Position numbers and translations under genes: made by a program. 64,000 bases of DNA from assembly GCA_001785865.1 (NCBI GenBank), contig MFUZ01000009.1, positions 15,309 to 79,308 of the forward strand, given 5' to 3'. Of the stretch, positions 53,813 to 62,189 are shown piece after piece; the stretch's first letter is position 1; each line of letters begins with the position of its first letter. The notes under the pieces are model-generated. The model ran no database searches. It had not been told where the DNA came from and saw only the letters and a list, made by a program, of their open reading frames with translations. This DNA comes from Candidatus Nomurabacteria bacterium RIFCSPLOWO2_01_FULL_41_18 (GTDB lineage: Bacteria; Patescibacteriota; Minisyncoccia; Phycocordibacterales; UBA9973).

Positions 53813-56410
53813 TTACTCTTCAATTTTGAATACTAGAGTAGCTTCGCCGGTGTTATAAACACTATCGTGAGCGATTACTTTGAGTTCATTCTCTTTTTGC
53901 AAGTCTTCTATATCTCTCGGAATAAAAGAAAAACCGGTGGCGGAATCTGAAGTCCCTAAGTATGTGTTGTTTACGAAAACATCCATCCTAATAATCGGAT
54001 ACTTCGTAGAAGTACCCACTTTTACATTTATTGTTCGGTTGGGCTGGTAGGTGGTTTTACTATTAGGCTCAATGATGGTAATGATGGTCTTTAGCTCACC
54101 AGTGTGTATATCATCTTCCATCCTTGGTTTATCAGAAGCAGTCGTGATTTGGAATCGTCCTTTGTTTTGAGCCCACCAGTTTTGGATTGGAATTTCCCAG
54201 TGTTCAAATTGTGGATTACTACTCGGGTTTTCTGGTGGAGCTCCTAAAATATCGTTTCTATCCACCCAGTAAAGGATGGAGTGGACATTGGTTATCACTT
54301 TTTCCTCCAAAGTTTCTTTCGGGGTGTATTCCGTAGCTAGTTTTCCAGAAATTCTATCTATGAAAAAACTTTCGTTTCCCATCCAGCTTCCCCGGAGCGC
54401 CGGCTTTACTATTTCTGGATCAACATCGAGATTTGGTTCTTCAAACCTTTCGTCTGGCAAATTTTCGAGAGCGGTGCTTATAAATTTATTCCAAATCGGT
54501 CCGGCGACAGCCACACCTCCTTTTTTCATTGGCTCGTTGTCGTTGTTGCCCGCCCAAACTCCGACAACGATAGAAGGCGTGTAACCGATGGTCCACGCAT
54601 CTTTGTTACTGTTGGTGGTTCCGGTCTTTACGGCGACCTCGTGCCCAGGGATAAGAAGAGCAGAGCGCGCCCCGAAGGTCGGGATGCGAGATTTTTCGTC
54701 TGACATTATGTCGGAAATGGTCAAGGCAGTGTTCTTGGGAATAACTTGTTGGGTATTGGGCTTGAACTCTTCTAATATATCCCCGTTCAAGTTTTCAATT
54801 CTTAAAATTCCAGTATAAGGGTTTCTCATTCCATCGTTCGCAAAAACTCCGTAAGCGGAAGTCATGTCGAGGAGAGAAACTTCTCCGCCTCCGATGACCA
54901 GTGTAAGTCCATAACGTCCGATATCGCCCAAAGTGCTGATACCCATGTCTTCGGCTGTCTTGAGTGACGAGGGCAGACCGGCCAAATAGAAAAGCTTTAC
55001 TGCTATCACGTTGATCGATTGCGCGAGCGCGTCACGGAGAGTCATCGGCCCGCGGGATTTTCCATCGTAATTGTCCGGCATATAGCAATCCTTCTGATTG
55101 CGTCCTGGAAGGGCCCTGCCGTAGGCGTTGCAAGTGGTTTGAAATTCGGTAGGCAGGTCAAAGAGCACTGTGCTCGGAGTAAAGCCCTTGTTGAAGGCTG
55201 TGGCGTAAATGAAGGGCTTAAAAGATGAACCTGGCTGCCTGGCCGCGGTAGCCACGTTGAAATTTCCATCTATTTCTTTATCGAAATAGTCTCGAGAACC
55301 AATCATGGTGAGGATCTGCCCGGTTTTCGGGTCGATTGCAACCAATGAAGCATTTCCTCCGTTCCAATCTTTCTCATTTTTAAGAGCACCCTCCTTCACG
55401 ATCAGTTCCCCCTTTTCTTGCAACTCATAATCGAGCGTGGTGATGATCTTCAATCCACCCCTTTCCACCATCTCTCTCCCATATTTTTCTTCTAGATAGT
55501 TCTTTATAAAGAAAACAAAGTGGGACGCCTTGATCCCGCTCGCAGACTGCGGAGAAAAAGCCACAACCTCCTTTTTTGCACTGTCGTATTCCGCCTTGGT
55601 TATAAAGCCAAGCTCCAGCATGCGTGAGAGCACCAGATTTTTCCTGGCTTCCAATTTTTCCTTATTTTTTCCGTAAGGAGACAAGACGGTCGGAGATTGC
55701 GGGATAGCCGCGAGATAAGCGGCTTCAGCTAGTGTGATGTCGAGGGCCCTTTTATTGAAATAAGTTTTGCTGGCTTCTTCTACCCCATAGATGGTTCCTC
55801 CATAAGGGGCTTCGTTCAGATAGTGCTCCAGAATTTTTTCTTTCGGCATGGTGTTTTCTAATTTTATGGCTAGGACCCATTCCTTTATTTTGCGAGATAT
55901 GGTCACCTTTTGGGTAAGTAAGGTGTTTTTTATCAATTGCTGGGTGATGGTGGATCCGCCGGTAACTCTTTTGCCGGTCAGTTTGGCCCATATCGTAGCC
56001 CGGATGATCGAAGTGATCCTGATTCCGCCATGATTGTAAAATTCTGAGTCTTCGATGGCCACTGTCGCGTTCATGATGTTCACTCCCATATCTTCGTAAG
56101 GAATATCCGTTCGCTTTGTTTCGCGATGCATATCATAGAGGAGTATTTCCCCGGTCCGGTCATATATTTTTACCGAGTTTTCGATCCTTCTTTCGTTAAA
56201 GGAATTGAAATCCGGTATTTTTAAGGAAGAAAGCCAGATGGTGACCACACTTACCATGACAATAAAGACGCCAGCGGTAAAAAGCATCAGATTCTTCAAA
56301 AATCCTTTTTTCCTATAAAATCTCATAACTACAGCGAAAATAGTGGCCTCAAATTTGTCGAGATTCTTTGCCATCTTGCTGTTTCTTATTTTTTTGTATA
56401 TTTCTTTCAT
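53813..56410 (-). CDS. mrcA: Class A penicillin-binding protein (bifunctional glycosyltransferase/transpeptidase) with a C-terminal extension
   Basis: GT51 motifs EDSEFYNHGGI, GGSTITQQL; TPase motifs SSFKP, SIN, KTGT; N-terminal TM. Confidence 0.9.
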   Translation of the reverse strand: MKEIYKKIRNSKMAKNLDKFEATIFAVVMRFYRKKGFLKNLMLFTAGVFIVMVSVVTIWLSSLKIPDFNSFNERRIENSVKIYDRTGEILLYDMHRETKRTDIPYEDMGVNIMNATVAIEDSEFYNHGGIRITSIIRATIWAKLTGKRVTGGSTITQQLIKNTLLTQKVTISRKIKEWVLAIKLENTMPKEKILEHYLNEAPYGGTIYGVEEASKTYFNKRALDITLAEAAYLAAIPQSPTVLSPYGKNKEKLEARKNLVLSRMLELGFITKAEYDSAKKEVVAFSPQSASGIKASHFVFFIKNYLEEKYGREMVERGGLKIITTLDYELQEKGELIVKEGALKNEKDWNGGNASLVAIDPKTGQILTMIGSRDYFDKEIDGNFNVATAARQPGSSFKPFIYATAFNKGFTPSTVLFDLPTEFQTTCNAYGRALPGRNQKDCYMPDNYDGKSRGPMTLRDALAQSINVIAVKLFYLAGLPSSLKTAEDMGISTLGDIGRYGLTLVIGGGEVSLLDMTSAYGVFANDGMRNPYTGILRIENLNGDILEEFKPNTQQVIPKNTALTISDIMSDEKSRIPTFGARSALLIPGHEVAVKTGTTNSNKDAWTIGYTPSIVVGVWAGNNDNEPMKKGGVAVAGPIWNKFISTALENLPDERFEEPNLDVDPEIVKPALRGSWMGNESFFIDRISGKLATEYTPKETLEEKVITNVHSILYWVDRNDILGAPPENPSSNPQFEHWEIPIQNWWAQNKGRFQITTASDKPRMEDDIHTGELKTIITIIEPNSKTTYQPNRTINVKVGTSTKYPIIRMDVFVNNTYLGTSDSATGFSFIPRDIEDLQKENELKVIAHDSVYNTGEATLVFKIEE

Positions 56411-56584
56411 TGTTCGAATTATACAACTTGATACAATATAATTACGTCTTTCGTTCGCAATAATCTAAGTACACTTAATTATTGCTCACTCATTAGTAAT
56501 TATAGCAGAGAAATCACTAAAATTATATTTTTCTGCTGTATTTTTAGTCCAAATCCTGAAGTTATTCAGGGGTATTGAGATATT

Positions 56585-56620
56585 ATGAGGGTATTGATTT
56601 TTTTCTACTTTTGTGGTTAG
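56585..56620 (+). CDS. Putative Phe/Tyr-rich leader peptide MRVLIFFYFCG (pheL-like)
   Basis: 11-codon ORF with TTT TTC TAC TTT; stop 15 nt before the antiterminator segment and 35 nt before a strong terminator; 96 nt upstream of the prephenate dehydratase gene. Confidence 0.45.
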   Translation: MRVLIFFYFCG

Positions 56621-56634
56621 GTTAGGTAAATAAA

Positions 56635-56680
56635 CCCTGGAGTAACGGAATGTCCGAGCTCCGCTGGAGCTCGTTCTTTT
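56635..56680 (+). promoter_or_regulatory. Attenuator: antiterminator segment (ccctggag) plus intrinsic terminator cgagctcc-gct-ggagctcg + TTCTTTT in the pheA-like leader
   Basis: 8-bp GC-rich stem 56655-56673 followed by a T-run; alternative pairing 56639-56648 with 56654-56662 uses the terminator 5' arm. Confidence 0.5.
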
Positions 56681-56716
56681 ACAACAGGAAAACAAAGTTT
56701 CAGGAGTTTAACAACC

Positions 56717-57616
56717 ATGAAAATCACGTTACTAGGTCCTCTCGGGGCCAATTTCTCGGATTTGGCTCGTAAGGATTTCGGTAGAATATTCGATGATCAC
56801 TTCCTTCAGACTAACGATCGATCCAGTTTTTTGTTGGTCGATCGAAATGAGGATGTTTTGCCAAGCGTCATCAAAGATGGTGGGTTGGGGGTGGTGGCGA
56901 TGAATACGGAAGCTGAAGGAGTGTACGAGGCACCTTTCAGAAAAGTGGTGGCCCTACTCGACCATTATGACAATTCCGGACGGTGTCCAGTTGCACTTAT
57001 CGCTGCTCTTGAAAAGAGAGTTCGCTTCACTCTCATGGTAAAAAAGGGGACAGAATTTCAAGAGATCCAGGAAGTATGTGCGCATCCAAAATCTCTCGGG
57101 GCGTGCAGAAATAATATCCGGGCACATGGCTGGCGACCTATCGAATGCAACAGTAACGGCAAAGCCGCGGAATATGTTGCTCGTGATCCGAGATATACCA
57201 AGACTGCAGTTCTTGGTCCACGCGAAGCCGTGGAAACTTTCAAAGAGTTGAGAGTTGTACCCGGATATGAGGCTTTGGAAGACAATCCCGCGACGACAAT
57301 TTTCCATTTGTGGGGGCCGAGGTCGAGAAAGCGCATTGCAGGGCTTCGGGAAAACAACATGATTGTTTTAGCTTGCAGGCTTTTCCACAAACCCAACGCA
57401 AAGGGAAGTGTTATGAACAGTTTTGGCAAAAGGGGGATTAACATGCTTTATGACACCCAGGTTTTCGTCGGTGCGGCCAAATATGACCACATCTTTCTTT
57501 ACGAATGTCGGAAGGATCAAGTTATTGCGCAACGGGAAGCCTTACAGGAAGTTAGCAAAAATTCTCTTGTGGAGCGTTGCCTTATGCTGGGTCCTGTCCC
57601 TATTGTTAAAGCCTAA
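56717..57616 (+). CDS. pheA: Prephenate dehydratase (PDT domain + C-terminal ACT-like regulatory domain)
   Basis: ITLLGPLGANFS, VCAHPKSLGACRNNI (compare SHPQALAQC), NPATTIFHLWG (compare N.TRF.VL), C-terminal ACT-like GSVMNSFGKRGINMLYDTQVF. Confidence 0.65.
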   Translation: MKITLLGPLGANFSDLARKDFGRIFDDHFLQTNDRSSFLLVDRNEDVLPSVIKDGGLGVVAMNTEAEGVYEAPFRKVVALLDHYDNSGRCPVALIAALEKRVRFTLMVKKGTEFQEIQEVCAHPKSLGACRNNIRAHGWRPIECNSNGKAAEYVARDPRYTKTAVLGPREAVETFKELRVVPGYEALEDNPATTIFHLWGPRSRKRIAGLRENNMIVLACRLFHKPNAKGSVMNSFGKRGINMLYDTQVFVGAAKYDHIFLYECRKDQVIAQREALQEVSKNSLVERCLMLGPVPIVKA

Positions 57617-57678
57617 CCGCTCGTCAACCGAGTAACAGGCGAAATTCCTAATCAATTAAAATAGATAGTACCAAGAGG

Positions 57679-57712
57679 GCCAGCACAACACGTTGCTGGC
57701 TTTTCCCTTTTT
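57679..57712 (+). terminator. Rho-independent terminator after the pheA-like gene
   Basis: gccagca-caacacgt-tgctggc followed by ttttcccttttt. Confidence 0.75.
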
Positions 57713-57757
57713 ATATATTAAAACTTTGTAAGTTTTAATTGGTATCTTGAATATCAT

Positions 57758-57785
57758 TTGACAAAATTACACTATTTGATATCAT
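57758..57785 (+). promoter_or_regulatory. Sigma70-like promoter (TTGACA - 16 nt - TATCAT) for the tyrS leader
   Basis: Read in sequence; predicted transcription start about 57792, at the leader ORF AUG. Confidence 0.5.
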
Positions 57786-57791
57786 ACAAGT

Positions 57792-57860
57792 ATGAGTCTT
57801 TTAATCAAATTTTCTGTTAACTATTATTACCGCCAAACGGGACGGTCTTCTTTTTGCTAA
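57792..57860 (+). CDS. Putative tyrS leader peptide MSLLIKFSVNYYYRQTGRSSFC with three consecutive Tyr codons
   Basis: 22-codon ORF with TAT TAT TAC at 57822-57830, directly overlapping attenuator segment 1 (accgcc). Confidence 0.5.
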   Translation: MSLLIKFSVNYYYRQTGRSSFC

Positions 57861-57916
57861 TTAATTTAACTTTTAAAGCACAAAAGACCGCCCCGCAAGG
57901 CGGTTTTTTGTTTTTA
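57829..57916 (+). promoter_or_regulatory. Transcription attenuator with four alternative pairing segments upstream of tyrS
   Basis: Segment 1 accgcc (57829-57834), segment 2 gacggtctt (57841-57849), segment 3 aagaccgcc (57884-57892), segment 4 ggcggt (57899-57904). Pairing 3:4 is a terminator followed by a T-run; 2:3 is an antiterminator (8 of 9 bp); 1:2 is an anti-antiterminator. Confidence 0.6.
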
Positions 57917-57967
57917 TGTTATGAAAATGAATTTTATAAATTTATCACAATATGCTAGAATCGGGAT

Positions 57968-59150
57968 TATGAAAGTTATTACCGATGAGAAGAAAATAGA
58001 CGAGCTTTTAACTCGAGGGGTGGAGAACGTCTACCCCAACAAGGAAGCTCTCAAGAAGGTTTTGATGTCCGGGCGAAAAATCAAACTCTATCTTGGGATT
58101 GACCCGACAGGTGGAATTTTACATCTTGGACACTTGGTTCAATTTCTCAAATTAAAAAAATTCCAAGACCTTGGTCATGAAGTTGTTATTCTTATTGGTG
58201 ATTTTACAGCGCAAATAGGAGATCCCACCGACAAACAAACAACCCGAAAACCGCTTACTCATAAGCAGGTCGTAGAGAATGCCAAGGGATACAAAAAGCA
58301 GATTAGTAAAATTTTGGATTTAAAGAAATTAAATATGAACTTTGTTCATAATGCCAAGTGGACTAACAAGCTTTCTCCAGAAGACATGTTGGAATTAGCC
58401 TCCAACTTTACAGTTTCCAACCTGCTTAGTCGAAGTATGTTTCAAGAAAGACTTAACACCGGTCGGGAAGTGCATGTTCATGAATTTCTATACCCAATTT
58501 TTCAAGCATATGATGCTGTGACTATGGATGTTGATCTGCAGATCGGGGGCAATGACCAAATGTTCAACATGCTAGCTGGTCGTGACTTGATGAGAAGAAA
58601 AAAACATAAAGAAATGTTTGTCCTGACTACTAAATTACTTGTTGACCCAACCGGCAAAAAAATGGGAAAAACTGAAGGGAATATGATTACCTTGAATGAT
58701 TCTGCCAACAACATTTTTGGTAAGATAATGAGCTGGCCTGACAGCATGATCGCTTCAGGTTTTGAAATATTTACTGGATGGGATTTGAACACTCTTCAAA
58801 TAGACAGCCCGCGTGATCAGAAAATGAAACTTGCCCACGAGGTCGTAAAAATTTGTCAGGGAGAACAAGCCGCAAGGGAAGCAGAAGAGAATTTTATTAA
58901 CACCTTCCAGAAAAAGGAGATTCCAGTAGAGATGGAAGAAATCAAGGGCCAAGAAGGTGAATTGGTGAGCGAAGTTTTGGTAAAAAATAAGATTTTATCT
59001 TCAAAAGGAGAGTGGCGCAGGTTATGCGAGGGGAATGGGGTGCATGACTTGGAGAAAAATGAAACAATTGCTGATCAAAATCTTAAAATTGACGGAAACC
59101 TGACACTCAAAATAGGGAAAAAGAGATTTATAAAAATCACAGCAAAATAA
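57968..59150 (+). CDS. tyrS: Tyrosine--tRNA ligase
   Basis: HIGH-class motif GIDPTGGILHLGHL, KMGKT (KMSKS), C-terminal S4-like domain; start taken at MKVITDEKK because the ORF-track ATG at 57921 abuts the attenuator T-run with no RBS. Confidence 0.9.
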
Positions 59151-59152
59151 AA

Positions 59153-59189
59153 ACACCCCAAAGATAAATTAGGGGTGTTTTTATTTTTT
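59153..59189. terminator. Bidirectional rho-independent terminator between tyrS and the convergent minus-strand gene
   Basis: acacccc-aaagataaatta-ggggtgt flanked by an A-run upstream and a T-run downstream. Confidence 0.75.
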
Positions 59190-59191
59190 AA

Positions 59192-59407
59192 CTATCTATC
59201 TTTGTCTGGGTCTTCCTCATCTAATCCAAAATCGGTTATGCCTTCTGGCGCATCCAACGGTTCACCCAGCTCATCTTCATCGGCGCCAATTTTGAAACCA
59301 TCTTCTACTTCTTCCTCTTCTTCGTAACTCATATGTTTTTTATTTTCAGCCAGAGGCTGATCCGCCTTTGGCGGAAATTTAATTTGTAATTTCCTACTTT
59401 GTATCAA
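59192..59407 (-). CDS. Small highly acidic hypothetical protein
   Basis: 71-aa ORF downstream of ruvC; Glu/Asp-rich. Confidence 0.3.
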   Translation of the reverse strand: MIQSRKLQIKFPPKADQPLAENKKHMSYEEEEEVEDGFKIGADEDELGEPLDAPEGITDFGLDEEDPDKDR

Positions 59408-59455
59408 AATATAAAAAGCTTGGCAATAGGGAAAAGACTTAAAATGTGGATAAGT

Positions 59456-59959
59456 CTAAGAACGTATGTGTGCAAAGGCGGTCAGCGCGATGGCAATGGC
59501 GTCTAGCTCGTCGTCGGATTTCTTCGAGTCGTCTACTTCTACCAGAATTTTCACCATTTTATTTATTTGTGTTTTGTCTGATCTACCATAACCGGTCGTC
59601 GCCACTTTTATTTGCAAAGGAGTCGCCTCAAAAATTTTAAGCCCCGCCAAAGATGCCTCATAAACTACTACTCCGCGCGCTTCGGCGACGCGCATCACCG
59701 TTTTTTGGTTGGTATTTAAAAATAAAGTTTCAATAGCTAAAACTTCCGGCTTGTATTTTTTTATTATATTTCTCACTTCTTCACCGATTAGTTTTAGCCG
59801 TTCCGAAAATTCTAATTTAGCAGAAGTCTTGAAACATTCTGAAAAAATCACATGCTCCCTGCCCTGAGCGTGGTCGAAGGGTTTTTTGCCGCCATTATCT
59901 TTTTCTAATATTGCAACACCCAACCTCTCAAACCCCGGATCGATTCCCAAAATTTTCAT
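59456..59959 (-). CDS. ruvC: Holliday junction resolvase RuvC
   Basis: MKILGIDPGFERLGVAIL head motif; about 30-aa insertion (KKPFDHAQGREHVIFSE...) relative to typical RuvC. Confidence 0.85.
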   Translation of the reverse strand: MKILGIDPGFERLGVAILEKDNGGKKPFDHAQGREHVIFSECFKTSAKLEFSERLKLIGEEVRNIIKKYKPEVLAIETLFLNTNQKTVMRVAEARGVVVYEASLAGLKIFEATPLQIKVATTGYGRSDKTQINKMVKILVEVDDSKKSDDELDAIAIALTAFAHIRS

Positions 59960-60000
59960 GGTTCTATTATATCACCATGACCCTGAGTTTTTCGAATGGG

Positions 60001-61044
60001 TCATAATAATTTTTTCTGATTTTCTTTCAAATCAAACCCAAGATGTTCATACGCTTTTTTTGTAGCAACTCTCCCTCGAGCAGTGCGTTCCAAAAGCCCG
60101 AGCTGAATTAAATATGGCTCTACCACTTCTTCTATTGTTGCTTCTTCTTCCGAGAGGGCCGCCGCCATGGTTTTGAGTCCTACTGGTCCGCCATTAAATT
60201 TCTCAATCAATATTTCCAAGAATTTTCTATCAGAGGAATTGAGCCCTATGTTGTCTACGGCAAGCATGTTGAGGGCATCCTTTACTATTTTTTGATCCAG
60301 ATTTTGCTTTTCGCTTTTTTTGTTCACTTGAGCAAAGTCGCGCGCTCTTTTCAAAAAATAATTTGCCGTGCGAGGAGTGAATCTACTTCTTTTGGCAATT
60401 TCTTTTAAGGCATCTTCTTCGAGGGTAATATTTAAAAGCTTACTTGACCTCTCCACAATTTTTCCAATTTCTTCATTTGAATAAAATTCCAATCTAAAAA
60501 CTCCACCAGAGAATCTGGAACGAAGGGGGGAGGAGATAAGAGCGACACGGGTGGTTGCTGCAATGAGTGTAAAAGGCGGAAGATCAAGCTGGATAGTGCG
60601 GGCCGATGGGCCTTTACCAATAATGATGTCTAGGACACCAGACTCCATGGCCGGATAGAGTATTTCCTCAACCATTTTATTTAATCTGTGGATTTCATCT
60701 ATGAAAAGAATATCACCCGAAGCAAGGTTTGTAAGTATGGAAGCCAGATCACCCACTTTTTCAATCGCGGGTCCAGAAGTTATTTTCATTTGTCTGCCAG
60801 TCTCCTTGGCGATGAGGTGGGCGAGTGTGGTCTTGCCTAGCCCGGGAGGTCCATAAAATAGGATATGTTCAGGTATGTGCCCGCGTTCTTCCGCCGCTTT
60901 CAGTAGGATTTTTACGTTGTCTTTTATGTGTTTTTGGCCGATATATTCATCCCAGCGGGTAGGGCGCAGAGTCTGATCGAGGACGACATCCTCATTCTTG
61001 CTTACCTCTTTAGAATTGGGGTCTTTTGTTTTTGGGCTTGACAT
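60001..61044 (-). CDS. ruvB: Holliday junction branch-migration helicase RuvB
   Basis: LRPTRWDEYIGQ..., Walker A GPPGLGKTTLA, Walker B ILFIDEIHR, sensor motifs. Confidence 0.92.
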   Translation of the reverse strand: MSSPKTKDPNSKEVSKNEDVVLDQTLRPTRWDEYIGQKHIKDNVKILLKAAEERGHIPEHILFYGPPGLGKTTLAHLIAKETGRQMKITSGPAIEKVGDLASILTNLASGDILFIDEIHRLNKMVEEILYPAMESGVLDIIIGKGPSARTIQLDLPPFTLIAATTRVALISSPLRSRFSGGVFRLEFYSNEEIGKIVERSSKLLNITLEEDALKEIAKRSRFTPRTANYFLKRARDFAQVNKKSEKQNLDQKIVKDALNMLAVDNIGLNSSDRKFLEILIEKFNGGPVGLKTMAAALSEEEATIEEVVEPYLIQLGLLERTARGRVATKKAYEHLGFDLKENQKKLL

Positions 61045-61201
61045 TGATTTAATAATATGCTATACTAAAAAAGTATTAAGGTTATCAACATGGTATCAAC
61101 ACAGCTATACACATTATAGCATCCGATGCGATTTTGATAATAGTATAATACAAGTAAGAGGTTTTTAACTCTCCGCCTGGGGCGGGACAAAGAAGACATT
61201 A

Positions 61202-61345
61202 ATCTCTAAGCAATCAGCCAAAAGGTTATACGAATTTGCATAGGACGTTCTGGCAAGAATTTATTTTTACTGGGTCTATCCTCTAATAATTTGTTACTCT
61301 TGGAGCCCAGCTTCAAAAGGATTGTTTAGAGATTAATGTTTTTTT
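61202..61345 (+). promoter_or_regulatory. 14-bp long-range inverted repeat (atctctaagcaatc / gattgtttagagat) enclosing about 105 nt and followed by T7, upstream of the suhB-like-dapB-dapA-dapL operon
   Basis: Pairing verified base by base (13 Watson-Crick pairs plus 1 G-U); U-tract 61339-61345. Confidence 0.4.
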
Positions 61346-61367
61346 ATTTCAGAATAAAAAGCGAACC

Positions 61368-62174
61368 ATGTTAACCATGGTGTTGATAAATAAGGTTTAT
61401 TCTGTTACTCTCTCTAATGTAATGTATCAAAAGATCATCAATAAGATAATCGAACTCGGTGATTCCCTTCCGGTGATTTCTGGCCGTGTTCCCGATATAG
61501 GAAAAAGCAAGCAGTGGCTGACCCAAAAAGAAATAGAGATAGAAACAGAGCTCGCGGAGATGATAAGCACTTTTCCAGGTAAGCATTCGGTGTACGCTGA
61601 AGAACTGCACAGTATTTTTATAAAAAACGACAACGTTTGGATCATAGATTCGATTAGCAACACGACTAATTTTCTCCGAGGGATGCCCCACTATTCCATA
61701 GTGTTGAGCCATCTTCATAAAGGAAGAATAAAATTTGCAGTCATATATGATCCAACCAACAAGGAATTATTCACGGCTGAAAAAGGTAAAGGCGCGTTTT
61801 TAAACAATAAAAGAGTCCGTGTTTCCAAACGAAAAGAAAATCTTTTCTTTCTGATCGGTCCATATTTCACTCCGCCGAGAACATATCGAAAAAAAGCGCT
61901 GAAAATAATCAAAATTATGTCGGAAAGTGGCAACACGATCCGGATCGTAGGATCTCTCGCGGTACATTATGCATATATTGCCTGCGGCCGAGCAGATGTG
62001 GCTATTTCGTTCAATGAAGATACCTTTCCAGAGTTTGCCGGAAAACTTCTAGTGGAAGAAGCGGGAGGAAAGTTCACTGATTTCAAAGGTGGTGCTTTGC
62101 GTCCGGAAACAGTGGGTGTTATTGCAAGCAATGGGCTCATTCATAAAGGGATTAAAGATATTGTCGGGGCGTAG
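61368..62174 (+). CDS. Inositol monophosphatase-fold protein with degenerate metal-binding motifs (likely non-catalytic)
   Basis: Family pattern W.IDSISNTTNF (canonical DPIDGT has become DSISNT) and loss of the WD..AG Asp. Confidence 0.55.
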   Translation: MLTMVLINKVYSVTLSNVMYQKIINKIIELGDSLPVISGRVPDIGKSKQWLTQKEIEIETELAEMISTFPGKHSVYAEELHSIFIKNDNVWIIDSISNTTNFLRGMPHYSIVLSHLHKGRIKFAVIYDPTNKELFTAEKGKGAFLNNKRVRVSKRKENLFFLIGPYFTPPRTYRKKALKIIKIMSESGNTIRIVGSLAVHYAYIACGRADVAISFNEDTFPEFAGKLLVEEAGGKFTDFKGGALRPETVGVIASNGLIHKGIKDIVGA

Positions 62175-62189
62175 TATAATAAGATCAGA

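Noticed and set aside
57640-57920. T-box riboswitch upstream of tyrS (the usual Gram-positive arrangement)
   Set aside because: The leader between the promoter and tyrS is only about 130 nt, too short for a T-box. No AGGGUGGNACCGCG T-box sequence or specifier-loop architecture is visible. The Tyr-codon mini-ORF attenuator explains the hairpins better.
61202-61345. Confident call of a lysine (L-box) riboswitch before the dap operon
   Set aside because: The enclosed 105 nt is AT-rich and I could not find the conserved L-box core elements by eye. It is kept only as an unexplained long-range helix.
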